A stretch of DNA of 63,951 nucleotides, filler included, from Basidiobolus ranarum (taxonomy: Eukaryota): NCBI GenBank assembly GCA_040143965.1. It is 48 parts of 48 records of this genome, joined end to end, with 100 filler letters (N's around TTAATTAATTAA, not from the genome) between each part and the next. Parts side by side here need not be neighbours in the genome. Positions count along the whole stretch, not along the records: positions 25,414 to 26,649 come from JASJQH010012764.1; positions 26,750 to 27,985 come from JASJQH010012765.1; positions 28,086 to 29,320 come from JASJQH010012766.1; positions 29,421 to 30,655 come from JASJQH010012767.1; positions 30,756 to 31,990 come from JASJQH010012768.1; positions 32,091 to 33,325 come from JASJQH010012769.1; positions 33,426 to 34,660 come from JASJQH010012770.1; positions 34,761 to 35,994 come from JASJQH010012771.1; 40 more parts are not named here. One strand, given 5' to 3'. Below are positions 25,414-37,428 of this stretch, piece by piece. Within the stretch, counting starts at the first letter, position 1. The number at the start of each line of letters is the position of its first letter. The notes beneath the pieces were generated by a model. The model did not search any database. It had not been told where the DNA came from and was given only the letters and a program-made list of their open reading frames with translations. Position numbers and translations under genes: made by a program.

Positions 25414-26649
25414 ATTTCTGGAAGTTCAAAATGCAAATCATGCTGGAGGATAGGGAGCTTTGGGATGTTGTCTCTGGAGATGAAAAGGAACCTTCTGACC
25501 CTGCTTTAGTGGAAGCTTACAAGAAAAGAGACAAGAAGGCCTTTAATGTCATTTGCCAAAGTTTGAAGGATTCACAACTTGTGAATATTCAATATGCAAA
25601 GACTTCCCATCAGGCTTGGACTATATTGGAAGAATGTTATGAAGCAAAGAGTCTTGCTAATAGACTCTTTCTCAGACGAAAATTCTTCAATATAAAGATG
25701 GAAAAGTCTGAAAGCATGGTTACTCATATTGCAAATGTGAGATCTTTGGCAAAACAACTGGAAAATATTGGTGCAACTTTACAGGAAGAAGATGTTATTA
25801 TGACTCTTCTAAGTAGTCTACCAGAACAGTATTCAAACTTGGTCACAGCTTTGGAAGCAAGATCTGACAAGTTGTCTTTGGAGTTTGTGGTAGCAAGGCT
25901 AATGGATCAACATCTCAGAAGTAAGAATTTGGAAAAAGAATCTGAGGAAGTGGCTCTTTTTGGAGCTGGAAAATGTAGCTTTGGCAAGTACAAAGGTTAC
26001 AAAAGAAGGAAACCAGGTTTATGCTATGGTTGTAACAAACCAGGACACCAGATAAAAGATTGCAAATCAAGAAATTATAACAAAAGTGAGAAGTCAGAAC
26101 AAGCAAATCAGGTTTCAACAAAAGAGAAAGTTTTATTCATTTCTGCCCTATCAGTGACCTCTGAGCAAGACTGTAGGTTGTGGTATCTTGATTCTGGAGC
26201 CTCTCAACATTTCTCTAATCAAACAAACTGGTTTAAAACACTCAAAATTGACATGAACAGGAAGGTTTATATGGGAGATGACCGGCCACTAGAAGCTCTG
26301 GGAGTGGGAGATATTGATGTGGATCTTGGGGACATCTCTAAGGACATGTGTTTGACACTGAAAAACATGCTATATGTGCCTGGTATAGCAAAAAATTTGC
26401 TATCAGTGAGTAAAGCTACATCTGAGGGATATAGCCTTAATTTTGATCAAAATGGCTGTAAAATCAGGGATCAAAAAGGGAATTACGTAGCTTCTGGAGC
26501 TAAGCAAAATAACTTGTAGAAACTTCTTTATATTAGTTCAATAATTGAACAAGTTAATACCGCCACAGCCAAAGAGATAGACTGGAAAATCTGGCATAGG
26601 AGATTGGGTCATCTGGGAGCTGAAAATATGAGAAATTTAATCAAAAATA
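25414..26649 (+). mobile_element. Ty1/copia gag-protease, nearly intact (ORF 25431-26519)
   Basis: UBN2-type gag, CYGCNKPGHQIKDC zinc knuckle, WYLDSGASQH protease, WHRRLGH after a single stop. Confidence 0.96.
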
Positions 26650-26832
26650 NNNNNNNNNNNNNNNNNNNNNNNNNNNNNNNNNNNNNNNNNNNNTTAATTA
26701 ATTAANNNNNNNNNNNNNNNNNNNNNNNNNNNNNNNNNNNNNNNNNNNNAACAAGGCAATAATTTTCTGACCAATCACATACCTAAGAAATATCCTACTC
26801 TCAATCTGGCTGATATTGGATGCAATCAATTA

Positions 26833-27985
26833 TTGGAAGTATGCAATCAATCACAACAAGCATTCAATCAATCACAAAATTCAGGCAATCAGGTCTCAGA
26901 AATCCTACCGAGTGGAAATCAGAAACATCCTCTAAGTGAAACATCTGACCATTCTACCGAGGACTTTGGATGTCTCAAATCAGAGCATAAAATCAACAGT
27001 TTCAATTCAGAAAAAGGGTGGAATATATCTGCACATATGGCATTTTCTGAACCAGAAAATTTGACACAAGCTCTGAAATCTGATGAAGCGACAGAATGGA
27101 GAAAAGCCACTGATGATGAAATTCACTCCCTAATCAAGAATAACACATGGATCCTTGTGGACTTACCTACTGGAAGAAAAACTATTGGTAACAGATGGGT
27201 GCTGAAACTGAAACTTAACTCAGATGGATCTATCAACCGGTACAAAGCAAGATTAGTAGTAAAAGGCTATGCTCAGAAACATGGCATTGACTATGATGAA
27301 ACATTTTCTCCCGTTGCTAAGTTTACCTCAATCAGAGTAATCCTAGCCATTGCTACCCACCAAGGAATGCTGATTGAACAAATGGATGTCAAGACAGCAT
27401 TTCTTAATGGAGAAATTGATGAAGATATATACATGGATCAACCAGAGGGATATATTGCAAAAGGAAAAGAAAATCAAGTATGCAAACTACAGAGAAGTCT
27501 ATATGGTCTGAAACAGGCTCCTCGCGCATGGAATACCAAAATCAATCAGATCTTCATGAAACATCTTTTCCACCGTAGCAAAGCTGATCACTGCATATAC
27601 TTCAAGACTATCAAAGCCACTAAAGTGATAATTGCTCTCTATGTTGATGATATCATAATAGTTAGTAATTGCTCAAATCTGATGAAACAAACTAAGACCT
27701 GGCTATCTACCGAGTTTGAAATGCAAGATCTTGGATCACTAGCATATTGTCTTGGAATGCAGATACATCAAAATTCCACTATTGGAACACTCTGTATTAC
27801 ACAAGAAAAATATATTGGAGATGTTTTAAACAGATTCAATATGTCAGAATGTAAAACAGCTTCAAATCCACTACGTATGCTGAAACTCACTAAGAATATG
27901 GAACCAAAGACCTCTGAAGATATTGAAATCATGAAACATATTCCTTACCGTAGTGCAGTTGGAAGTCTCATATATGCAACAACTG
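26833..27985 (+). mobile_element. Ty1/copia reverse transcriptase, open frame
   Basis: RYKARLVVKGY, QMDVKTAFLNG, SLYGLKQAPRAW, LYVDD, PYRSAVGSL. Confidence 0.97.
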
Positions 27986-28355
27986 NNNNNNNNNNNNNNN
28001 NNNNNNNNNNNNNNNNNNNNNNNNNNNNNTTAATTAATTAANNNNNNNNNNNNNNNNNNNNNNNNNNNNNNNNNNNNNNNNNNNNAATGATTTGAAAATT
28101 TTAGACGATAGTATCTTTATTTAGTGGTAGATTTCTTCAGTTGCCATGAATTGTTAAAAGTGTACCGGCAGAGTCTGGATTATAAGTTTGAGTCCCACCA
28201 GAGGTGTGATACAAGACATATGCTTTTAGTATGGGCTTACATTGGCAGGCAAAGCTGTGTCTGTGCCAAAATATAACCAATGCTGAGCCGCTAGGAGTCA
28301 TGTCCGATTCAAAACCAAATTCTCTGGTTATTCAAAAGTATTTGATGCTAAAAAT

Positions 28356-28437
28356 CGACGCCTGCAGGATTTGAACCTGCGCTCCCATAGGGAAATGCCT
28401 TAGCAGGGCACCGCGTTAACCACTCCGCCAAAGCGTC
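28356..28437 (-). tRNA. tRNA-Ser(GCT)
   Basis: 82-nt cloverleaf with long variable arm; anticodon arm GTGCC-CTGCTAA-GGCAT; T-run downstream. Confidence 0.96.
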
Positions 28438-28546
28438 AATATTACTAGTTAACGTTTAACAGCTAGTTTTTATAAAACAACAGTAAAACCGTGTAATCCA
28501 CCAAGATTGTTGTTTAAATGAAGTATTAGTAATTAAAATGTTAACA

Positions 28547-28618
28547 AGCAGCGTGGCGCAGAGGAAGCGCGCGGGGCTCATAACCCCGAGGTCGGAGGAT
28601 CGAAACCTCTCGCTGCTA
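28547..28618 (+). tRNA. Initiator tRNA-Met(CAT)
   Basis: A1:U72 pair, GGG/CCC anticodon stem, GATCGAAAC T-loop (A54/A60), TTTTT terminator. Confidence 0.97.
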
Positions 28619-28892
28619 TTTTTCCTCAATCCGAGTTGCATTTTACGCCTTGAAGCCGCCTTATTTTAATCGGAATAGAGAGAGGATTGTATCATTTATC
28701 CTCAGGTAGGCTAATTTGTATACCTTAAATGCATACTTATGGAGAGTAATGATATTGTAAGCTTAAAAAGCATGCCGGGGAAATGATCCATCTCGAAGCA
28801 AGATCTATGTCTCAACCTGATGGTGAGCTATATTTTTTGACGTCTGCTTTGCAATATTCTCTTACTTTTTCAGTTTTGCAACAGGTATATAT

Positions 28893-28964
28893 TCCTCATT
28901 GGTCCAGTGGTTAGGATTTCTCGCTTTCACCGAGACGGCCGGGGTTCGATTCCCCGATGGGGAA
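28893..28964 (+). tRNA. tRNA-Glu(TTC)
   Basis: TCTCG-CTTTCAC-CGAGA anticodon arm; GGTTCGATTCC B box. Confidence 0.96.
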
Positions 28965-29129
28965 AATGAATGTTTTACTGCTGCCTAGGCAGGGTTAGTT
29001 TGCATTACTAACTAGCAGGGTAATTTATTTCGGTGGCATTAATTGTGGAAGGCCAGTGTGATGGCCTATTACTTGCTAAATGATATTGCTTAACGATAAA
29101 GCCCTTTTCCTATCCCTCCTGTCATTGAA

Positions 29130-29202
29130 GCTTCCTTAGCGCAGTTGGCAGCGCGTTAGTCTCATAATCTGAAGGTCGCCAGTTCGATCCTGGCAGGGAG
29201 CA
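29130..29202 (+). tRNA. Elongator tRNA-Met(CAT)
   Basis: GCTTCCT/AGGGAGC acceptor stem; CTCATAA loop; GTTCGATCC; TTTT terminator. Confidence 0.95.
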
Positions 29203-29420
29203 TTTTGCTTTGCTCTATTATATTCCTTTGGAGTTTTTATTAGGCGTGCTTATCTACTAGCTTTGCTTTGCAACAAATGGCCCATGTCATTAATACCATG
29301 TAACCCCTTTGTCTATCTTCNNNNNNNNNNNNNNNNNNNNNNNNNNNNNNNNNNNNNNNNNNNNTTAATTAATTAANNNNNNNNNNNNNNNNNNNNNNNN
29401 NNNNNNNNNNNNNNNNNNNN

Positions 29421-30655
29421 GTGATAGGAAAGCCAGTAGTTGCTTTTGGCTTAGTGAGGAATGACCATTTAGAGTAGATGGAGAGCATGATGTTAATATT
29501 GTATTCAGCTGGCACAATATTGATCAATCTGGCACATGCAACTTATTTATCTAAGAATTTCAATTATCATGGTAAAATTCCCTACATTCTGTATAATAAA
29601 ATTTCTGTTTGCATTTATTACCCTAATTACATCGATTATATGTAATTGCATGGAAATTATAAAATGAATTGCATCAGCATAGTTAATTGAAGTTGACCCG
29701 GATCAATTTATTCAGCATACATATCAAAATGGCTCAAAGCAGAATGCATAATGCTTGATCACACTATAGAATATTAACTTTGGCAGTTTAACCAATAGTG
29801 GACTTGTTCCATTGTGCCAGGATTGATCAGACCTTGGATCAATATATTAGAGTAAATATGATTGATATTGGTCATGCTAGAGGGTCATGGATAGTGCCAA
29901 ATTGTGCCACATGAATTTTAGAATACTTTATCCAATATCAAATATACAGCATAATCTGGCACTATTACAAAGAACAAGTCCAATATAAAAAGATCCCTAA
30001 TTCTGATTGAAACCAAAAAAGTCTAACATCATTGTTTTATATGGTAGTTTTGTATCATGTAAAAACAGAATCTTCCTGATTCACAACCTACTTTGGTACA
30101 GGAAACCACCACTTCCAAAATTTTGACGCACAGTCAAATGAAGGTGTGAGTGGTGCAAAGTAGCTTGCGCCTAATGATTTTACAGATGCCCATGTATCCA
30201 CTATCAATTCTTGCTTGGATATATGGGAGTTACTGATAAACTTGACAGAAGCTGGGGAAGAGAGGATTAGACAAAAGTGGAAGCAACTTTTGACTCTGCT
30301 TTAGAAAGTTTACTATACCTTCATGCCTTCGGAAGTCTGCAAGAAAATATACAATAAGACTCATGAAGATAGAAAGTGTGAATTGAGAAATAGGAATTTC
30401 AATTTTGAGTCTGCAAAGACACAATTCCAATTGCATTTTTGCTTGTATGGGCCAGAAGCAACCATTGCTGCCTTAACTTTAGAGACAAAAGATGTTCTAA
30501 ATAGATATCTACCACTACTCCATGAGACTTTGCAGCAACTGTTCATGGAGGTTACAGAGTTCAAAAAAACATTTCAGGACACTATGGCAAGAGTAATCAA
30601 CAGAGGTGCAAAGAGAAAAGCAAGACAATTTATTGAATCAGAAGATATTCCCAAA
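29421..30655 (+). mobile_element. Myb/trihelix-ORF element remnant
   Basis: Homologous to the reverse complement of 38763-39995. Confidence 0.7.
29800..29981. mobile_element. 182-bp MITE, second copy (inverted relative to 14220), TSD AGT/AAT
   Basis: Same TIR and length; empty site at 12700-12720 and 8515-8540. Confidence 0.9.
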
Positions 30656-30755
30656 NNNNNNNNNNNNNNNNNNNNNNNNNNNNNNNNNNNNNNNNNNNNT
30701 TAATTAATTAANNNNNNNNNNNNNNNNNNNNNNNNNNNNNNNNNNNNNNNNNNNN

Positions 30756-31060
30756 ACTTTACGAAATTTTAATTCCAATCTTTCGGATTTTATTTCTCAA
30801 ACCCAATTACGGACTTTACGAAATTTTAATTCCAATCTTTCGAATTTTATTTCTTAAACCTAATTACGGACTTTACGAAATTTATTGCAAATTTTATTTC
30901 CCAAACCTAATTCCAAACTTTACGAAATTTTAATTCCAATCTTTCGGATTTAATATTTTCAAATCTAGCTACGGACTTTACGATTTTTTTTAAATTCTTT
31001 TACGAAATTAAAACTTCCAACCCTAATTACAAAAGTCTTAATTCCAATCTTTCGAATCTA
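30756..31060. repeat. AT-rich ~57-bp tandem repeat (units start at 30756, 30813, 30870, 30917, 30975)
   Basis: Unit ACTTTACGAAATTTTAATTCCAATCTTTCGGATTTTATTTCTCAAACCCAATTACGG. Confidence 0.93.
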
Positions 31061-31249
31061 ATTTTTAAATTCTCCCGTAAAATATTCTTAAAACTTGATC
31101 CAACTCTTGATTTAAAACTCTCTCATAACCCAAATCTTGACTCCAAACCTTTTAAAATTTTATACTCACGGATATCCAACTTATTTAATAAAAACGCAAC
31201 TATTACGCGTTATCATAAACGTGCTAAACTTGCCACAAAACTACCAATC

Positions 31250-31990
31250 TCATTTGTTCGCATTGTATAACCACATCCTATAATTCTCCATCGTCTGCCT
31301 ATTTGGTAAATACACTACCTTGTCCCCAGAACTTCTCCAATATTTCCTTTTTAACCCCAAGTTCTTCCTAATGTCGTTCATGAAATTAAGATGCTCCTTA
31401 AGTGGGTTCCACGGCTGATTATCCAACATCGGAACCTTCCATAGCGGTCTCGAAAAACATCTCTGAAAAGTACCATCGTCCCATTGTATAGCAACACATA
31501 TACCATCCTTATTTATATACTGTGCCTTAACCTTTCTCGTCCCTATCTCCACAGGATGATCAAGATCATGCGATAAAAAAGCATCCTTCCCCGGAACTAT
31601 CTTCGGGTTAAGAAGTAAAGATCTCTTCGTGTCCATTAACGACGAATACAACTCATCATCATTCGTAAACACCGTCTCACCCTTTGCTGATACCACCGGC
31701 TCATACGTTATTTTTGTCTCGTGATACAACTTCGTCTGATTCCTAAATATTATTATCCCACGATCAAACTTCTGCTCCCAAAGATATTTTCCATCATTGG
31801 GTATATAAATGTCATATCCCTTACTCTTCGTGACGTCTATTAAAATAATATCCACGCTAAACATCTCTTCGAAAAACCTATAGTAATACTTACCATCCAT
31901 ATTCTTTTCCGGATCCTTAAACGTCTCAACTACCATGTCAAAAGGAATTCCACACGTCTCTTGCCTTGTTATCTCCAACCCCTCCGAACT
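31250..31990 (-). CDS. 5'-partial protein resembling the C-terminal part of the NCLDV early transcription factor large subunit (VETF-L)
   Basis: Open to the contig edge, no introns; RQE..D..YYRFFEEMFSVDI..IP..Y.W..IIF.N..YE..QYINKDG.C pattern recalled from irido/marseille/pitho-like VETF-L. Confidence 0.55.
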   Translation of the reverse strand, partial: SSEGLEITRQETCGIPFDMVVETFKDPEKNMDGKYYYRFFEEMFSVDIILIDVTKSKGYDIYIPNDGKYLWEQKFDRGIIIFRNQTKLYHETKITYEPVVSAKGETVFTNDDELYSSLMDTKRSLLLNPKIVPGKDAFLSHDLDHPVEIGTRKVKAQYINKDGICVAIQWDDGTFQRCFSRPLWKVPMLDNQPWNPLKEHLNFMNDIRKNLGLKRKYWRSSGDKVVYLPNRQTMENYRMWLYNANK

Positions 31991-32090
31991 NNNNNNNNNN
32001 NNNNNNNNNNNNNNNNNNNNNNNNNNNNNNNNNNTTAATTAATTAANNNNNNNNNNNNNNNNNNNNNNNNNNNNNNNNNNNNNNNNNNNN

Positions 32091-33325
32091 TACTTTTTGG
32101 ATCAAAATAGATCAATTTTAGGTCGTAATTTTGACATAAGCAATGCATCCAAAGATCCTCAAATGTTTTACATCAGGTTTAGCTCCAAACCAAGCTTGAT
32201 ATGGTGTAGAGTTAGACAAACTTTTAGTAAAACTCCTATTCTTCAGATATACAGCTGTAGCAACAGATTCCACCCAAAAGTTATGAGATAAATTTTGTGC
32301 ATTTATCATAGATCTTGTCATTTTATTATAGGCTTGTTACCTCTTTCAGCAACTCCATTTTGTTGAGGCGAATAGGGAGCAGTAGTTTCTTACTTAATTC
32401 CATGAACTTTGCCAAAGTGCTTAAATAGGGTTGAAGTATATTCTGCACCATTATTTGTATGTATTTTCTTGATTTTAGTTCCAGTTTCAGTATCTGCAAA
32501 TGTTTTAAAATCTCTAAAGATAGAGAGCTTCTTCTTTTCTTTTCATAAAGTAGATCCAAGTGCATCTTGTATAGTAATCAATAAATGTGATAAAATATCT
32601 TTTTCTGCCTAAAGATAAATCTTGCATAGGTCCACACAAATCTGAATGAATTAGATCCAACTTTTTGACAGATTTGATTAAACCAGAGCTCTTGAACAGT
32701 TGCCTGGCATGTTTTCCATATATACAACCCTCACAAATTTCCATTTCGGTTGGTGGGTTAATTTGAATTCCAGAAATTAGGCAATTTTTGATCATTTTGC
32801 TCAAATAATCAAATCAATATGGTCAAATAGCTTATGCCATAATTAAATAGTTTCTTGATTGGAATAACTTATATTTCCACATAAACCTCTTGGATTATAT
32901 GTAATTTTGGATAAGCTTTGATTGTTTTCTCCCAAAGCTAAATAATTCCCATTTTGATCAGTGATGGTGCATCCAGACTAATCAAAATTGAATTTTAGCC
33001 CTTCTGAGGTGGCCTTGCTTACAAATATCAATCTCTTGGCAATATCTGGAACATGTAGTACATCCTTTAAAGTATATACTTTCTCTTCAGAAGTGCCAGT
33101 TAAATTGACTTGAATTGTTCCCATTCCAATAGCATCCAATGTGCAGTCATCTCCCATGAAAACCTTTCTAATTGGCATTTATTCATATTCCACAAACCAA
33201 TGTTTTTCATTTGTGAAACGTTGGGAAGCTCCAGAATCAATATACCATGTCTGAGAATCCTTGTTGGTAGTCATAGATAGAGCAGATATGAACAAGTGAT
33301 CTTCTGTTGTAACCACATTTCCAGA
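32091..33325 (-). mobile_element. Copia protease-integrase remnant
   Basis: WYIDSGASQ, CEGCIYGK, LIHSDLCGPM, PQQNGVAER. Confidence 0.93.
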
Positions 33326-34311
33326 NNNNNNNNNNNNNNNNNNNNNNNNNNNNNNNNNNNNNNNNNNNNTTAATTAATTAANNNNNNNNNNNNNNNNNNN
33401 NNNNNNNNNNNNNNNNNNNNNNNNNAAATTTTTTAAAAATAAAAACAACTTTTCAAATTTAATTCAATTACTTAACCAGCCATACCAAATGGATTAAAAT
33501 TGTGATGGTTTTCCTACAATAACAATCCTCAAATTTCTGTTAAGGTGATATTTGTAAAAAGGTTACAATATTTCCATTTAGTAACAGTAGAAATTTTTTG
33601 AGTGCCAGTTAGAGGTGGTTTTGAGAACTAGAGAAATTGGTGTTTCTCACTTATTAATTCAAGGAGTAGAGAGTTGACTTTTATACTGTTGTCAAGATGT
33701 GTGCAAAATAAAATGTATAATATGTCAAAGAAAGTCTCAAAAACATGTGTGCAAAGCTTGAGGCTTCTGGCTCAGGTTTGATTAATCTATACATTTGAGA
33801 ACTTCTAAGTTGGTAAAAATATTCTAAGTAAGTTCTAATTGAGAATAATGGGTAATATCTTAGTGAAATATAGGATAACTATATACTAAGCTATTTATAG
33901 CTATATATGTGCCTAGACAATGCTAATTCAACAGTTACAACTCCTTCATGATTGTCACAACTTACAGAAATTAATTCCATGGTAATTACTGTTGGAAATT
34001 TGCTGCAACTTGTGAAATCACTCTATGTAAGTTGTGTCCTCAAATACAGCTTTAAAATAGCAGTGGCTGTTGGATAATTAATCTTCATTCAACATCATAG
34101 TTAAGTTCAGTTATGATACATATATTGGAAACAGAAACTAATGTATCTATAGCCCCTATACTGTAATAGGAATATCTCTACATCTATATCACAACTATTT
34201 CTTATTACTCCCACTTTTCTATTATATCTTTTTACACAAACTCCTGAATATCTCAAGCAATTAATTCACTTCTCTATTATATAAGTCACCATATACTGGT
34301 AAGAATTAAGT

Positions 34312-34660
34312 AGACTTGTTCCATTTTATTGAGCCAGATCAGGCAGGCTAAAAAGTGTGCCCGCACAAATAGGCATGATTGGGCACTACCTGGCATGATG
34401 TTATTTACCATTTTGGAAACAGTTTATTTTACTTATGTGGTATATTTTAGAAAAGTACTTTTAGATATTATTTCACATTCAAAAGATGATGAAAGCTTTA
34501 TTCATAGTGTCTTAAGTCTAGAGCTCTTAATGGACATCTTTGAGTATGAATGTATTGAGAATTAATTAAGATTTTGACTACTTTGCCTAACTTTGATTGA
34601 GGCCCACAAAATGATTTTCCTCTATACTTTCCTGCTACAGTGCTATATCTCTTTAGGAAA
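34312..34660 (+). mobile_element. Terminus of a longer DNA transposon sharing the MITE TIR (AGACTTGTTCCAT), 5' flank AGT
   Basis: Matches 1-111 inverted. Confidence 0.7.
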
Positions 34661-34760
34661 NNNNNNNNNNNNNNNNNNNNNNNNNNNNNNNNNNNNNNNN
34701 NNNNTTAATTAATTAANNNNNNNNNNNNNNNNNNNNNNNNNNNNNNNNNNNNNNNNNNNN

Positions 34761-35059
34761 ATCAGCTGAAGTCTTGGCAGTGAAAGATCATTGGTTATGA
34801 ATCTTGTGACTCATATTGACTTGTGTCTAGGCAGATGACTCAGAGGTTAATACTGATTGGATAATGATCATGTGATTGATCATATGATCTGATAGAAGGG
34901 ATAAGCAAATATATAGTTAGTTAGGTGATAGGTCACATGATAAAGTCACTGGATAAAGTCAGGTGACTAATTAGCAATAATGATAAACTAAACTGATATT
35001 CAAACAAGTTGTATAGATATGATATAAGTTTAAACAACTGTGTATGTTGGTGCACAACA
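34761..35059 (-). repeat. Probable LTR family F (TGTTGTGCACCAACATA…)
   Basis: Same TG boundary at 8101, 35059 and 53229 inside different host repeats. Confidence 0.65.
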
Positions 35060-35315
35060 GAGTGTTTGTGCAGTTTTTTGCTTGCTTTTAACTTTGCGGC
35101 TAATTTCAACTCTTTGAAAAGTACCAGTTGAGGTTGGAGAGCTGCAAGTTTTATTTACTGGTGCTTTGGCTTGTTGAAAGGTGCCAGGTGTTGGATGAAC
35201 TTCAAAATTTAGCACTCTTCCAACTGGTATACCTGGTTCCATGGTAAAATTAAGCATTTTTGCAAGTATATTGGACTCTGCAAATGCAGATCTTTGTAAT
35301 AGTGTGAAGAATTTG

Positions 35316-35994
35316 CCCAAACAAAAAGAAAAATTGATTTGATCCGGATTGGATCCACCCTCCAAAAGAGCAAAACCATCAGAGAACTGTCACAATATTG
35401 GTGGCTTGCACTCTACCAGGGATTTTGATGGTGAGAAGGTGGTTTCTTGATAGTATTTTGACAGTATTCATATATGTTAAAATATTGATACTCAAATTTG
35501 GCATGCATTATTCAATATACAGCACTTTTTGCAAAGATATAGTTTTTAAATGGCAAATTACTGGGTTGACTGCTGTAGGAATTCAAATTCATATGCATGC
35601 CTTTATTTGAATATTTTAGGCTTTGTATTTGAGCCATATTGAAAATCAAAAAATACAAGAATCTTGTTGTGTTTAGTCTCTACAGATGCACTTACTTGAC
35701 TGAATAGACATAACTCAACAACATCAATATGCTTTACCAGCAAACTAATGGTGGAAAAATTGCTAAACATCTGGAATTTTGAATAGCACTGACACTAGGC
35801 AAAGAGCTGACTCTTGTTACCATTCACAATGACAATAAGTTCTTGGATTTTGGCAAATTTTCTGTAAAGAATTCAGCCAATATATCCCCAACATGCAGTC
35901 AACAAATGTCCTGCCACAAGTAGATATGTCCTTGCTGGAATAGATTACCCCATGGCTAAAACAATAATACTGCATATCTTGATCTATCTCACCA
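35316..35994 (-). mobile_element. CMC/EnSpm-like terminus B and transposase C-terminus, inserted in ORF-B of another copy
   Basis: CCCAAACAAAAAG start; homologous to 38185-38662 and 15527-15958. Confidence 0.85.
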
Positions 35995-36630
35995 NNNNNN
36001 NNNNNNNNNNNNNNNNNNNNNNNNNNNNNNNNNNNNNNTTAATTAATTAANNNNNNNNNNNNNNNNNNNNNNNNNNNNNNNNNNNNNNNNNNNNTTGCCT
36101 AAGCACCTCTATAGTCATATATAGCTTAGTACTTAGTTATCTTATAATTCACTAAGATATTATCAATTATCCTGAATTGGAATTTACTTAGAATATTTTT
36201 ACCAACTTAGAAGTTCTCAGATATATAGATTTTCAAACTTGTGCTAGAAGCCCCAAACTTTGCACACATGTTCCTAGGATGTTCCTGAACACATTATACA
36301 GATTAGTTTGTTTACATCTTGACAAAACTATAAATGTCAACTTTCTACTCAATAAATCAATAAGTGAAAACCACCAATTCCTCTAATTCTCCAAACCACT
36401 TCCAACAGGCTCCCAAATACTTTAACATCAGCTCTATACTCAGTAAATCAATAAGCAAAAACTACCAATTTCTCTAGTTCTCCAAATCAATTCCAACAGG
36501 CTCCCAGAGGTGCATACACATGAGCTGCATATCAGAAGAGTTTGTTTATATCTTCACAAAAGTATTTATGTCAACTTTCAACTCAATAAGTCAATGAATG
36601 AAAATTACCAATATCTCTATTTCTCCAAAT

Positions 36631-37328
36631 TGTTAAAGTATTTGGGAGCCTGTTGGAAGTGGTTTGGAGAATTAGAGCAATTGGTGGTTTTCACTTGTTG
36701 AAATATTGAGTAGAAAGTTGACATTTATAGTTTTGTCAAGATGTAAGCAAACTAACATGAAGAATGTGTTGAGGAACATCCCAGGAACATGTGTGCAAAG
36801 TTTGGGGCTTCTAGCGCAAGTTTGAAAATCTATATATCTGAGAATTTCTAAGTTGGTAAAATATTCTTAGTAAATTCCAATTGAGAATAATTGATAATAT
36901 CTTAGTGAATTATAAGATAACTAAGTACTAAGCTATATGACTATATAGGTGTTTAGGCAATGCTAATTTCAACACTGTCTCTCAACTAAATAGTCATATA
37001 AACTAATCCTAATACAGGTCTAAATTTCTCAAATTTCTGTCTAGCTAATGGTTTGGTTAATATATCAGCAATCATATCTTCTGTAGAACAATAAGTTAAG
37101 TCAAAAAACTTATTCTCTATAGTCTCTCTAATGAAGTGATGCTTAATATCTATATGTTTGCTTTGATTATGAAATGTGGCATTTTTAGCTAATTTGATAC
37201 AACTTTGATTATCTTGGAATATTGTAGTTGGTGAATTTTGAGAATAACTCAAATCTGTTAAGAGTTTTCTTAACCATATTGCTTCTTTTGTTGCTTCACA
37301 GGCAGCCATGTATTCAGCTTCTGTTGTT
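36631..37328 (-). mobile_element. Copia RNase H (36986-37328), PPT and complete 3' LTR-A (36631-36974)
   Basis: TEAEYMA..DNQSCI..SKHIDIKHHFIRE..ADILTKPL; LTR TGTTGAAA…TTTAACA. Confidence 0.95.
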
Positions 37329-37428
37329 NNNNNNNNNNNNNNNNNNNNNNNNNNNNNNNNNNNNNNNNNNNNTTAATTAATTAANNNNNNNNNNNNNNNN
37401 NNNNNNNNNNNNNNNNNNNNNNNNNNNN

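Noticed and set aside
28456-28641. 61-aa ORF
   Set aside because: Antisense to the initiator tRNA
28745-28825. Possible box C/D snoRNA between tRNAs (ATGAT…CTGA)
   Set aside because: Box C deviates from RTGATGA, and I could not identify a terminal stem or an rRNA guide
30756-31060. 57-bp array as CRISPR
   Set aside because: Whole units repeat with no unique spacers, and no cas genes are present
28086-31990. tRNA cluster, transposon and virus-like ORF as one integrated island
   Set aside because: They lie on three separate contigs ordered only by length
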